From Mizuhopecten yessoensis (Eukaryota): a DNA stretch of 64,000 bases. Below the pieces are notes generated by a model. The model worked only from the letters and a program-made list of their open reading frames with translations, ran no database searches and was not told the origin of the DNA. The DNA lies in contig NW_018405926.1 in assembly GCF_002113885.1 (NCBI RefSeq), positions 861,464 through 925,463 of the forward strand, written 5' to 3'. Position 1 is the stretch's first letter. Every line of letters starts with the position of its first letter. Position numbers and translations under genes: made by a program. Shown in pieces: positions 40,480 to 52,170 of the stretch.

Positions 40480-41150
40480 CAATTTGTCAAGTGATCACAT
40501 TTCATATCTATATTTTTCCAGTGTTCATCTAAATTGACCTCGAATTCTTTAACTGTAGTTGAGTCTATAACTCTCTATGGGAAACTGTTACATATTATTA
40601 CTGTCCTGAAGTTGAAACTGAATTTTCTGAGTTCAAAATTGCAATGTTTTATCGTTAATTTTTGTGAATTACCGCGATTTCTTGATAAATTATCGTGTAC
40701 AAAGAGTCCATTACTCACTCTCTCGTCAAATATATTGTTAATAATCTTAAATACGTGAATACTGTCTCCTCGCATCCTTTGGGATTTTAAAATTGATAGT
40801 TTTAGTATTCTTAGGCGTTCACTTTAGGATAAATCCTTTAATCCTGGCAGTAATGTTTTGGCACTTCTTTCTACCGATTCTAAAAGTTCAATTTCCTTTA
40901 ATTCGTGTGTTTCATAGACGGGTCCTCTAACTCGTTGGCGCTTTGCTTGAATAGTACCGGGGTAGCTGATGTGTCAGGCTTCACCAGTTGTAGACATTTG
41001 AGAGTCTTCTTAACGGAGATTCAAAACTGTTAAGTTTGCTAGCGCAACGTGTCAGGACCCATGTTTCTGTCACACAATTTGAAAACTCTTGCCTTGTCTA
41101 TATGCGATGGTAAATCTTCTATCACCACGAAATATGAAAACATTTCTTTG
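40480..41150 (-). mobile_element. Decayed, internally deleted CR1/L2-type LINE
   Basis: Minus-strand motifs LESVERSAKTLLPGLKDLS*SERLRILKL..RMRGDSIHVFKII..RGNSQKL..RKFSFNFRTVIICNSFP (40500-40905). A weaker VKKTLKCL..KPD..LFKQSANELEDP lies upstream. The 5' limit is uncertain. Confidence 0.8.
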
Positions 41151-42599
41151 AATGCTTTCATTTGGGTTCAAATGGTTAATGCAGATGCATGGAGTTTATT
41201 CTGTTTCTATTGCATTAACGAGCTGAATTCCTATTCCGTTGGTCTATAGACTTTAACGATGACTGCAAAGTTGGCAGTCTCTGTATTTTTTATCTTCTAT
41301 GTTGGGGTTTCCAAACAGTTTCTACACTTGTATTAACAAAATGCTCATCATAGTATCCACCTAATTATTTCTAATGTTGCCTGTTTTGCATTCTGCAACT
41401 GTTGCGATTACGATCAAAGTTGATGTTTCTGCAGATCGTACTATACACTCAGAACACTATTGTTGATTTACATATTATCTCAACATTTGTATTAATTCTT
41501 ATAAAAGTCTCGCAATGTATGGTTTTCTTTCAGAAATGATTTACCATTTATGCTTGATTAATTGTCAGTTTCGAATGCTAAGTAACAGTTCTGTAAAGTG
41601 GTACTGGAATCTTTAACTAATAGAATTGTGGTTGATGTTAATGAGCAATTCTTGCCCAACTATTATATCCGTGATTCTGTTTATTCCTTATATCATCTTC
41701 TGCCATAATGCCTTCATTTTTCTGTGGTGAACGCACTAACATCTTAGGCGTATACAGTTGATTACAAGTGGTTAAACTCATGTTGGCGGGAATACTGTTT
41801 CAGGTGAGACTATGAAAATTCGCGGTTCTATCAAACATTCGAAATGGACATTATTATATAACATAAAACGGACCCGTGATTGGATAGTATATAATACAAC
41901 GGAGGTGGGCCAAACATACATTGGATCGGTGGAAATGTACATTGTTTACACTCATTAAAATGTGTCTTACTGAGTGAACGCATAGCGTAAACATTAACAA
42001 GCACGTGCACAACACATATCACGCGCTGTAGAGATTATTCCTTGAGTAACTTACACAGCTGGCTTTTCTCGTAAAATCAGCATAAAGTACATCATCAAAG
42101 ATATTGTCATCCCAATTATGTACAAACACGCCGCGTACACACTCATTCCATGGGTCTGTATGTCTATAACAAATGATCATGGGATGTAGCATCATTGCGT
42201 TTTCGAATTTAATATAGATATAATTTGTTTACATGTGTAGCTCTATTTCACTCATTTCAAATAATTTGTAACCATCGTAAACACATATCGATTCATCATG
42301 AGCTTGTAGGACGCTCAAGTAGTGCATTAATTGATATATATTGCTATATGATATATCATGAAATTTTCTAAAGAGACCACTTCTACCAGGAGACCACCTG
42401 AGAGATCACGTGTAAAAACGTCACACTGCATTTATACCCCTGTTTAGTGAAAAGAACACCTTATGTAATAAAACACTGAATGGACTCGATCTGAGGCAAG
42501 TGCGACATGTATATATCGTATCCTTTATTTGTGCGTTCATGTGGTGTTGCTATGTATTTATGATAGTTTTTAGGACTTTTATTCACAACTCATTTCTTT

Positions 42600-43050
42600 A
42601 CTTACAACATGACCAACCTTGACGGCTTTCTACTGAGCTGTGCGATAAGCAGGACGATTTTGACTTTCCGATTTTGAGCTTCCTCTTTATTGATAGCAAC
42701 ACCCCTATTCCGCTACTACGGTGTTTACATGTCACATTTAATTTGGATATCAATAGCTTGCTCCGAATAGCACGACTTCCGTGAAAATTTCCAACTTTTG
42801 ACAAACAAATTTATTACACAGGATTTTCAAAGATGCAGGTTGACAATTTTTTGTGTTCATAGGGAAATATTTCTCTGTGTGCTATGAAGGTCGACATTTT
42901 CCCTATCATACCTGAACATCTGGTCTTATTCTTTTGATTTTCATTGGTCTCCTGTAATTAATCTTTCCTTTGTTGATGTTTTGCCTTAGCTTTTCGAATA
43001 TGAGTTCTGATTATTTTTTCGCTGACCGTTCGGTATTCTTTCATTGTTTT
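42600..43050 (+). mobile_element. Penelope-like element RT C-terminus and 3' region (decayed)
   Basis: CDKQDDFDFPILSFLFIDSNTP, then after a frameshift YYGVYMSHLIWISIACSE*HDFRENFQLLTNKFITQDFQRCRL. This matches the recalled PLE consensus YDKRDDFNFxIVNFPFLxSNIP..AYGVYISQLIRYARACS. Confidence 0.8.
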
Positions 43051-43249
43051 TTCATACTACATATCTAAATATTGCGGCCAGTACTTTGACCGTCCTCAAT
43101 AGGACTGAGTCTTGCCAGGTGTAATTACTTTTATTATTTTTCCGACATTTGACCTTTTGGAGGAACTGATAGACACATGGCTTGCGGTACCTCGTCCTTG
43201 TTGAGTGTTGGCCTGTATCAGTATCCTAATATGGTGAATAACATTTTAG

Positions 43250-43620
43250 TTCCGTTTGCAAATGTCATATCTTTCGTAATAGATGTTGACATCTGATGAC
43301 AAACTTTCAAAGCAAGTTTCTAGAGATGCCGTTTGAAAAACCTTATGGGCAGGTTTTTATGATCTCAATCATTTTCTGGTTTGGAAATATTTTCTTGTTC
43401 GATATGAAGGTCGATGCACATTTAATTGAGCATTCAGTAATGTGTCCTTGTCTTTACTTCAGTTCTCGCTTTGAGTATATGGACAATTATTTTTATTTGA
43501 TAGATTATCATGGCTGAGTCTTCTATGAAGTTGAAGACGTTTTCCCTTCGGAACACGTGGTCTTGTTATCCATGTATTTCTTCAATGGTATCCATGTGCA
43601 CCGTTTATCACATTTTGTCT
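43250..43620 (+). mobile_element. Second, more decayed copy of the same PLE 3' region
   Basis: TGACAAAC..AGATGCCGTTTGA parallels 42799-42843, and GAACACGTGGTCTTGTT (about 43551) parallels GAACATCTGGTCTTATT (about 42914). Confidence 0.5.
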
Positions 43621-44305
43621 AGTGTAATCGTTTTCGAGCTCTAACTGCGGTCCTGCTGGCATTTCAGTAGCTATCGTCAATTTTTGTAAAATAATAACAA
43701 AATAATCAAACATGAACGTTCGTTCTATGAAGTTCAACAATGGCAAGAACAATTACTGTAAAGGATGCACGTAACATGTGACATTAATAACGTGATTTAC
43801 TGGTAAAAGTTGTCCATGTACATACCACTTTAACCATTTTCATTAGGAGAGAGTATGCATAAACCATAACATAAGTTACATGAATATTGATATAACACCC
43901 CGACTAATAGTTTTAACATGTCTTAAGTCGAGCATGATGCTGATGTAGAGCATATGGATAATATACATTTGTCTCGTTCAGAAATCTCCTTCAGGCGTCT
44001 GAGATATAAATCTTCAGGGCTATTACATGCATGTTACTTCATGACAGCTTATATATGTGGAGATACATAATACAGTGTGTGTTACTTATGAAACAACAGT
44101 CATGGCCTTGGCAATGACGAAGGACAATCACACTTCTTCAGGCCTAGTGACTTCGTGTTTCATTTTTGTCCCGAATGTAAGAGGTAACAGAGGACATAAC
44201 GTTCGGTATTCTGCAGAGAAATACCTGATCAAACCGGACATGAAGTTGTGTGCTCCGAAGAGAAACGCGGGGAAACCGCACGTGAACATTGGATGAGACT
44301 GATAT

Positions 44306-44396
44306 TTAACTCCTTCACCCCCTGAAAACACATTTAACTCTTCCAATGCAAAGGTCGGAATAGTTTATTATGAAATTTCAGAGGTGAATGCGTTAA
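44306..44396. mobile_element. About 90-bp TTAA-flanked MITE (piggyBac-like)
   Basis: TTAACTCCTTCACCCCCTGAA..TTCAGAGGTGAATGCGTTAA imperfect TIR, with TTAA at both ends. Confidence 0.75.
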
Positions 44397-44525
44397 ACAG
44401 GTTTGTTGACAACATCATTCAGTGCATGTCATGAATGAAATTCTGACTCGTTTTACATGAAGATGTGATACGTTACTTAATTAGATTGGTGAAATATGTG
44501 GTTCGAAATGGCAGTTAAGTACAGG

Positions 44526-44695
44526 GCAGATAATAAAATAAATTTCACAAATCACTTTGGACCATGTTTTCGGGCTTAGCCGTTCATCAGGGTGTGAATG
44601 ATCCTCACCTTTACGTTATATCAATATTTGAAACCTGATGAAGGCTAAGCCCGACAACTTTGATCTAGAGTAGCTGTTGATATTTATCTCTCTGC
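44526..44695. ncRNA. Inverted pair of minimal hammerhead-ribozyme-like motifs (PLE pseudo-LTR type)
   Basis: Minus strand 44591->44560 reads CCTGATGAACGGCTAAGCCCGAAAACATGGTC. Plus strand 44634-44665 reads CCTGATGAAGGCTAAGCCCGACAACTTTGATC. Both have the CUGAUGA core and stem II GGC-UAA-GCC; the minus copy has GAAA and GUC. Confidence 0.6.
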
Positions 44696-45300
44696 TTCCT
44701 GACATTTTGTACCGTTCTACGTGTTAGCGGTTTTTCATGAAATGTGTGTTTACTCAACCAATATGATCTATAAACAAACAGGTAATCCTACATGAAACTG
44801 ACTAAAACGCAAATAAAGCAGCAAGAAATGTACGATTTCATAACATGTATACAAACTAAAAAGAAACCAAGTCCATATGATAATTTCATAGTCTATTATT
44901 AAGCAAAATGAAACTTGTCTCCTACAAGTATTTGTTGATAAGCCTTAGTTATACAAAGTTCTTTCATCTTTAACGGCACTTCAGAGAGGTCAGAAAACCT
45001 TATCTTGCAAAGAACGGCTTTAGTATACTTGGCCGTTCTTACATTTGTAACGGCAACTGCGAGAGGTTAACCCATTCGACAGCGAACGGTACTCATACTT
45101 GGCTCGCGTCGACGTCAAACACTTCTGCTACACTGATGAATAGGTTTTACGAGATAACGGCGCAGGAGTTCTAATACAAATGTTACTAATTAATTTTCGT
45201 CAACCGCTATATGAGTTCGAGGACATGTAAACAGCAGGTGTTGGTGATAGGGACGATGACATGATAGATAATGTACTTGGCTTCAGTAAGCTGGCCTTAC

Positions 45301-45433
45301 TCAAACTTGGAGACATATCAATTTCTCCTGAACAGTCATGAGGTGTGCATAAGTTTATGTTGTATCTGATCATGTTGGTCTTACTACTAAACTTATTTTT
45401 GATTCTTCTTGACTTTTATCAGCAACACTTCCA
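45301..45433 (-). other. Candidate exon with possible start codon (ATG at 45373, MIRYNINLCTPHDCSGEIDMSPSL..)
   Basis: Branch-like TACTAAT/CTAAT, acceptor TATTTTACAG| and donor |GTAAGG; CCAACATGA start context. The peptide is not recognised. Confidence 0.45.
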
Positions 45434-45679
45434 CTGTAAAATAATTAGAGATTAGTATAAAGGCTATTTCCATATCCTACTCCGTATCAACCCGAGACCC
45501 CCATATAAATCCGTGGTAATGGTCATGTGTCACAACAAGAAAACACTCAAACCACCAAATGAATGAAAATGGCCATCAAAATGGCGACATTTGAATTTAT
45601 TCCAATAGAGCCACAAATTTACTCTATCCAAAAATTCATATTACTAAGAAATTCAAACATAGAGTTGAAACAATCTTAC

Positions 45680-45759
45680 AAACGTAGGAGCTACTACCAT
45701 ACAATATATACACAAACTGTCAGCTAAATGTAGCCTAGGTGGCTCTGCTTGAAAACCGT
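45680..45759 (-). other. Candidate 5' UTR exon
   Basis: Acceptor TTTGTTGTAG| and donor |GTAAGA on the minus strand. Confidence 0.35.
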
Positions 45760-45971
45760 CTACAACAAATTATCATCAATATTCATAAGCTATCATAAAC
45801 GGGCCGGTAGTGGGTGGGTTTTAAAATACTTCAAAATCTCCGATGCTGTCAGATGCATTCAAAGATTAACATGGCACACACGCAGTTGATGGCACCTATA
45901 AAATGTTGTAACAGTACACCAACAATCAATTACACTGCGTCATACAGCTGTTTCGTCTTTCTAGGACTCAC

Positions 45972-46235
45972 CGGTGTTGCTAGGGACAAAACATGTTGCA
46001 CATCGAAAAAGTCTAAATTACTGTTGAAACAGAGGGACAGGCGCGTAAAACGATTCAAAGATTGTTGCTGATTCAAGAAGGGACGCGATCCCTAAACCTA
46101 ACTGACTATTGACTGACTAGCATAGTTTCATCATCGATGACGTCATCAGAAGCATCCTAAAGATAAAAAGTTTCAGTTCTTACAATAAGACTTGATAATA
46201 ACGTTTTATCATACTCTGCTCTATGACGTCACAAT
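45972..46235 (-). promoter_or_regulatory. Candidate promoter and first exon
   Basis: Two perfect CRE sites TGACGTCA (46138-46145, 46224-46231), X-box-like GTTGCTAGGGAC (45976-45987) and donor CCG|GTGAGT at 45972/45971. Confidence 0.45.
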
Positions 46236-47290
46236 TGTTAGAAATAATACATAAAGCGCTACATTTCATGTTAAGTATGATGACATTCTACCTTAAAACA
46301 ACATTTAGAGAAGCTGGCAACCATTGTCACTGTTATTAAATGCTAAATGAACGCAGTTCAGCACAATTATCTCACATACGGCTGAGGTTATCATACAATG
46401 AACAACACTTACATGATAAATCGACATTGTACATATATATGTCACTTTATGTACAAAATGTTGACACATTGTGCTGAAATCCAAGATTGTTGTTTTTATC
46501 TAAACGTGTCGTTCATTTTTGATATCTTGTTTTTGTTTGTACGCTCTATGATTGATTCCCTCGTCAACAGGGAGATGGTATATTTGGAACAGGTAGCAGA
46601 TGTGTGAGGAATGGTAATAGGGGTTCATAGACACATAAATTAGATTTGTGCGCCTCAAAGTAAGTGGGTCAATCTATCGGATGATACGTGTATTTATATA
46701 TATATATTTCTGTAAAGGAAAACATTCGGACGAAAACAACTAAGGGAGGGTGGGTGATGGACACAGGATAGTATGAGCCTAATTCAGTTGTTTTACAAAT
46801 GTCAATCAATCGGAGGAATTGTATATATACCGATTTCTCTCTTTTTTATCGAACTTTTAAATCTTCTCGTGAAAAGAGACAGGTGTCCTATTTCTATCTG
46901 TGGACTACGCCAACTCAACTGAATTTTAACTTTCATCTTATTCCAGTATACTGTTGAATTTAACAGAACTGTTTGCTAGCTATATTATGGAGAAATAGAT
47001 TGAAACATTTATTTACATACTGTATTAATGCAAACCTTTTCTGATATTCTGCAGATTTGGTACATAAGAGTAAATCGTAAAAAAAAATAACTCTCAGAAT
47101 AAATGTCATGTCAAATTTTGCTATTTTGTAGAATTCTTCTAAACCGTACTGTATATATCAGAACCATCATCATGGTTGACATTCAAGCCCCAGTTCAGAT
47201 CCATGGATAATCACATTACACAAACCTAAAAATGATCCGAAATCACTTTAATCCTTACATTGATATGATGTTCATATTTAAAACATAATA

Positions 47291-48430
47291 TTTACATTTG
47301 TATGGCATTGTCACTATATAGACTCTTTGGAAGCTGTGTCGTTGAAGGGACTTAAATTACCATGCAGCACGAGACATAATTCTTAGCGTATTAATACAAC
47401 ACTGACCGTAACTACAATATCCAATGTAAATTAATATGACGGCTGCTGAAATATCGCTAGGCATTGTGAGATTTGACAATGTCATTGTAAATTTATGTGC
47501 AAAAAAGAAAAATAGAATAAAAAACTTTTATTACAACAAAAACAAGACCAAGGTCTGCAATGTCGTACAAAATGCACATTGGTTGAAATCACCAATGCCG
47601 GCAATGGAAACAATTTTAACGCTCATGCAATTTATCACAGATATCGTCTGTTACACTGCACTGATCAACAGAGGTTCGTTACAAAGGTCTGAAATACACA
47701 TATTTTATAGACCTACTGACACATAAGTTACAGACCTACTGATATGAGTCACAGCACACATAAACATTTCAGACATTTGTAATGAACCCATGTGCTCCGT
47801 CGCAAGATCACTCACTTCAAACGCGTCTCGCAGCCACTGTTTCCTCAGTTTCTGACGACATGTCAAATAACGAGGCTGTTATAGAATCTACAGATTGTAG
47901 TCAGATTCCCATACAATCAACAAATAAATTCACGTCTGGATTCTTCACAAAATGAGCAAAGAGAAAAGTTCGAATTATCTTCCAAAAATAGCTCCCTCGT
48001 GGAGAGCAAGGTCGGATTTACGCTAAATTTGTTCCGGAGAAAAATCGAAACAATTTCAAATCCAACTTTCAGCTCAGAGTTCTATTGATAAACCTAAATC
48101 ACCCTATAGACATATCATACGCTATTGTATTTATACTGAATTGTGGAATAACATTGAAGTGTTTGTTAAAATTTCAAAGTACTACTTTGTTTGCCAATCA
48201 GCACGCTAAAAACACGCTGTTCAAACTATTGAACGAAATTTTGTGGATTGTCGATAAGGCGGGCATTTTGAATTTTAAATATAAGTTAAAAAAGAATATA
48301 TGAGGCAGAGAAAAATTTAAAATAAGTATTGAACTGTTTTTGTATGGTATTTATGATCTATTTGAATGACACAGCTTTGTCATTCAATTAGATCATAAAT
48401 ACCATACAAAAACAGTTCAATGCTTAATTG
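47291..48430 (+). repeat. Dispersed repeat copy B (paralogue of 38025-39362), with only two 23-bp units and an intact terminal hairpin
   Basis: Colinear similarity to copy A. Seed units at 47696-47742. Hairpin at 48323-48426 with 49-bp arms and 2 mismatches. Confidence 0.9.
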
Positions 48431-50052
48431 ATAGTTATATTATACACCTCAGATCTGCATTGTTAACTAATTAGATTTTTGGATAACGTACAAGCATAAC
48501 ACACTTATAATCACGTGTCGATATCTTGGTTTTATTAAATAATGCATGTCAGTTCCTTTTTTGCATGTTTTTATTCTGTTTATGCAATAGCTGAACACAC
48601 TTAGAATACCATATGTTTTAACATCATGTAATGTATAAAAACGGATAATGACCCGTTAATTATGTTTTTACATTATATATTTATGAGTTAATGATCAGGT
48701 TTAACTGCAATCTTCAGCGAGTTGGTTATTATTGAGAATTAAGTCACTAGACTGGGTGTTATTTATAGTCGATGAACAGAATTCCGATAATGTGTTTACT
48801 GTTACACAATTAAAGTCTCTGTGAAGCTATCCAGAGCGTTGTCATCCGTCAGGACTGGTGAAAGGCAGAGCAGAAAATGAAGAAAAATCGATATTACTCC
48901 GAAGACATCAAAATGCCAGAATAACGCTTAGACAATATCTTGATGTTGTGACAATTTCAAATGAATATTTTTCGATGTATAGGGGGAAAAATAGTATCGA
49001 CTATTAACCTAGCTTGTAATTGGTCTGTAAGCAAAATTGAAACTAACTTGAAGCAAAACATTCGTTTGAAGATTATTGATGTTGTGCCAGGCATGATTCT
49101 GCTTTTGCTAAGATTGTCAAAATAGTGATGTTATAAAGTTTTAATACAATAAACTTAAGTCTGGTGTGATTTCCCATTTTGCGGGAACACCAGGAAAAAA
49201 TCGAGACTCATAAATGTTGAGCTGTTCACTGACTTATTTGAAATCTAAGATTATTGGATTAAATGTAATAAGAAAAAAATATGTGTTTCATGTATTTATG
49301 CACTGTAGTGCACAAGGACATTTTGAGTGCTCTCGTACAGGTAATTGTTTTACTGCGAATTATTTATTGCAAATTCTAATGTATTGGTAGCAATCGGACC
49401 TTCGAGAATTTCGACTCAAAAAGGTTCGCTTCTTAAGGAAAATAATCCGAATTTCGCCATAAGCCATCGAGAAATTCGAATCTACGAAGTTCGAGATATG
49501 GAAGATCGACTGAAATTCATGAAGTTACAGAAAAATGAACGTAAATGGCAAAGGAATAAAATTCGTAGTAAAAAAATGAAATTATTTATTGATAACGATG
49601 CGATTCCCAAAAGGACCTGGTAAAAGAACAGTTAGCATGGTTAAGTATGATTTTAAATCGGAAATAAACTCAAACGTATCACGCATAGGTAACTGTTGTT
49701 TATAATTAGTTAGCCTCATAATAAACTTGTTTTTTTCTAAGTTCTTCCATTCTGCAACACCAAACCGGAAAACGCAGTTGAAATTCGTTCCTGTTAAATT
49801 CTAAATTGACACTTCGAAAACAGGTACCAGAGGAAAATTGTATAACAAACATAGAAGCATTACTTTTAATTATGAAAACGTGCATACAATCCAATTCTTT
49901 ATTCAATTGAGGAACTATATTATTATTATTAGATAGATAAGCACATAAAATATCTTCAGTCATTCTTTTTTTTAATTAGGTTTTAGAGCGTACTTTTAAA
50001 AGTGAGTCTGGTACGATGAGGATCACAGTACACGTGTACTTTAATAGCCGAA

Positions 50053-50250
50053 CAGGGGCGGATCCAGGATTTCCTAAAAGGGGGGGCCGAGAAATGTTTC
50101 TCAATAGTCAACGGTGTGCTGCGAAAGGCAGCAGCCCGATTGCGTAGCGCGAGGAGGGGGAGGGTACAGACCCCCTCCCCGTAAGGGGGGTTGGGGGGAT
50201 CTCCCCCCCCAAAAAAATGTGTTTTCTAGAACGTCTCAGAAGCGATTTTC
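50053..50250 (+). mobile_element. MITE fragment with CAGGGGCGGATCCAGG terminus (hAT-like)
   Basis: CAGGGGCGGATCCAGGATTTCCTAAAAGGGGGG at 50053 followed by G/C tracts. A related terminus CAGGGGCGTTTCTAGG occurs at 50681. Confidence 0.6.
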
Positions 50251-51253
50251 CGTGTTCTGAGGATTGTTTTTATGTTTAATTAACAAGAAGAAAAATACAT
50301 ATTTTAAGTATGGCCCAAAGACTTTTTTTGTGTACTGGAAAGAAAATTAAAGTTTCCGTTCAAATTCTCTATCAACAGCGTGTTTTAGAAGTCAGATGGT
50401 ATTATTATAGGGGCAACCTTGTGATGACAAATGTATGAATCCACAGCGGGGGGCTTGTTCATTATTACCTAATTTGGCGTCCCGCCCGCAAGGGGGATAC
50501 GAGAGGTCCACCGTCAAAATATAAATCTAGTCTTCAGACATTGTACGTTTGTCGTACAAAAGAACAAATAACACCATAACATCGTTGCTGTTTAATTAAT
50601 GAGTTACTCATGGCATCACTAAGTTGCTAAACAAACGGTAAGTTCAAATCAGTGCGACAACCAAGGCCACTAGCTATATACAGGGGCGTTTCTAGGATAT
50701 TTGAAAGAGGGGGCAGTAGAATAAAATCCACGCTGACTAATTCATGTATTGGCGTGCATATTACCAACGGTGGTACATTTGCTAAGCTATCTGGTAAAAA
50801 TGGTACAACTTAGGAAGCACATACGCGTCACCTTTAAATTTAATTTAAAATTATCATACTTGTAAGTACAGCATATCATCTCATTCTGGTACGTACAACT
50901 TATTACTACGTACACAATAGTATGCTGTGTGAAGAAACTTTCTTGTACGTACACGATGGTAAGCTATAAGTACCACAATGAGATATTATGTTGTTACATA
51001 CAAGATAGTTAAACAGTTCCAACAATATATATAATACCAAAATAATTGAATGGATATGTTTAGTCGATTATACATAATATTGTCAGTCGAGAAAAACCTT
51101 TATCGTTCTTGTATAATGATATGATTAATATCGCCCGGGCGGTTAGGAAGGTTACAATAAAAAGTATTAATTTTCAGATCATCTATAACGAGCGGTCAAT
51201 AATATAATTATGCAACTTATGCTACAGTTGTGGGATCGCACAACGTTACACAA

Positions 51254-52170
51254 GCTACCCTTGTGGCAGGGAAATATGATTCTATGTTTCTCCTCGATAA
51301 ATATGTGTAACTCGGGCTTCGTCCTCGTGAAACATAATTAATCTCGATACAATATTAACGTATAATGAAGTATATAGCGCAGATATGATACATGTTCACG
51401 TCTTCCTCTGCAAATGCATCCCATCTTATTCGTTAAATATCGGAGCATGCACATAAAGTTCAAGTAAAATAAGGGAATATGGTCCGGACGAATTGAACGA
51501 AAAGTTAAAGCGATTATTTTTCTTTCCTAATCTGATTTGCATAATAGTCATGTGTTCTTGTATAACCATTGTTTAATTCAGAAACATTCCATTAATCCAT
51601 CAACCTTTATTGAGACCACGCTTACCTTTTTATTAAACGTTACTGTGAAATCACTAATTTTCTTTTCTTTTTTTTTTTTTTTTTTTTTTTNATAGATCTT
51701 GTGATAAAATGACTGCGACCCGCGCTGGTACATTGGGGAGGTCGAAAATTGCACAGGTAATAAACCAAGTTTCACTTCACTGTTATACTGTAGGTAATGT
51801 GAACTAGACCTTCTGTAACACAGGTAATGAACCAAGTGCCACTTCACTGTTATACTGTAGGTACATGTGAACTAGACCTTCGGTAACATAGGTAATGAAC
51901 CAAGTGCCACTTCACTGTAATTCTGTAGGTAATGTGAACTAGACCTTCGGTAACACAGGTAATGAACCAAGTGCCACTTCACTGTTATACTAAAGGTAAT
52001 GTGAACAAGACCTTCGGTAACATAGGTAATGAACCAAGTGCCACTTCACTGTTATACTGTAGGTAATGTGAACTAGACCTTCGGTAACACAGGTAATGAA
52101 CCAAGTGCCATTTCAATGTTATACTGAAGGTAATGTGAACTAGACCTTCGGTAACACAGGTAATAAACCA
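51254..52170 (+). repeat. Near-identical copy of 34427-35641 with an N at 51691 and about 6 units of the 67-bp satellite
   Basis: Base-level colinearity with the longer copy. About 310 bp (34850-35160) is replaced by poly-T plus N. Confidence 0.95.
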
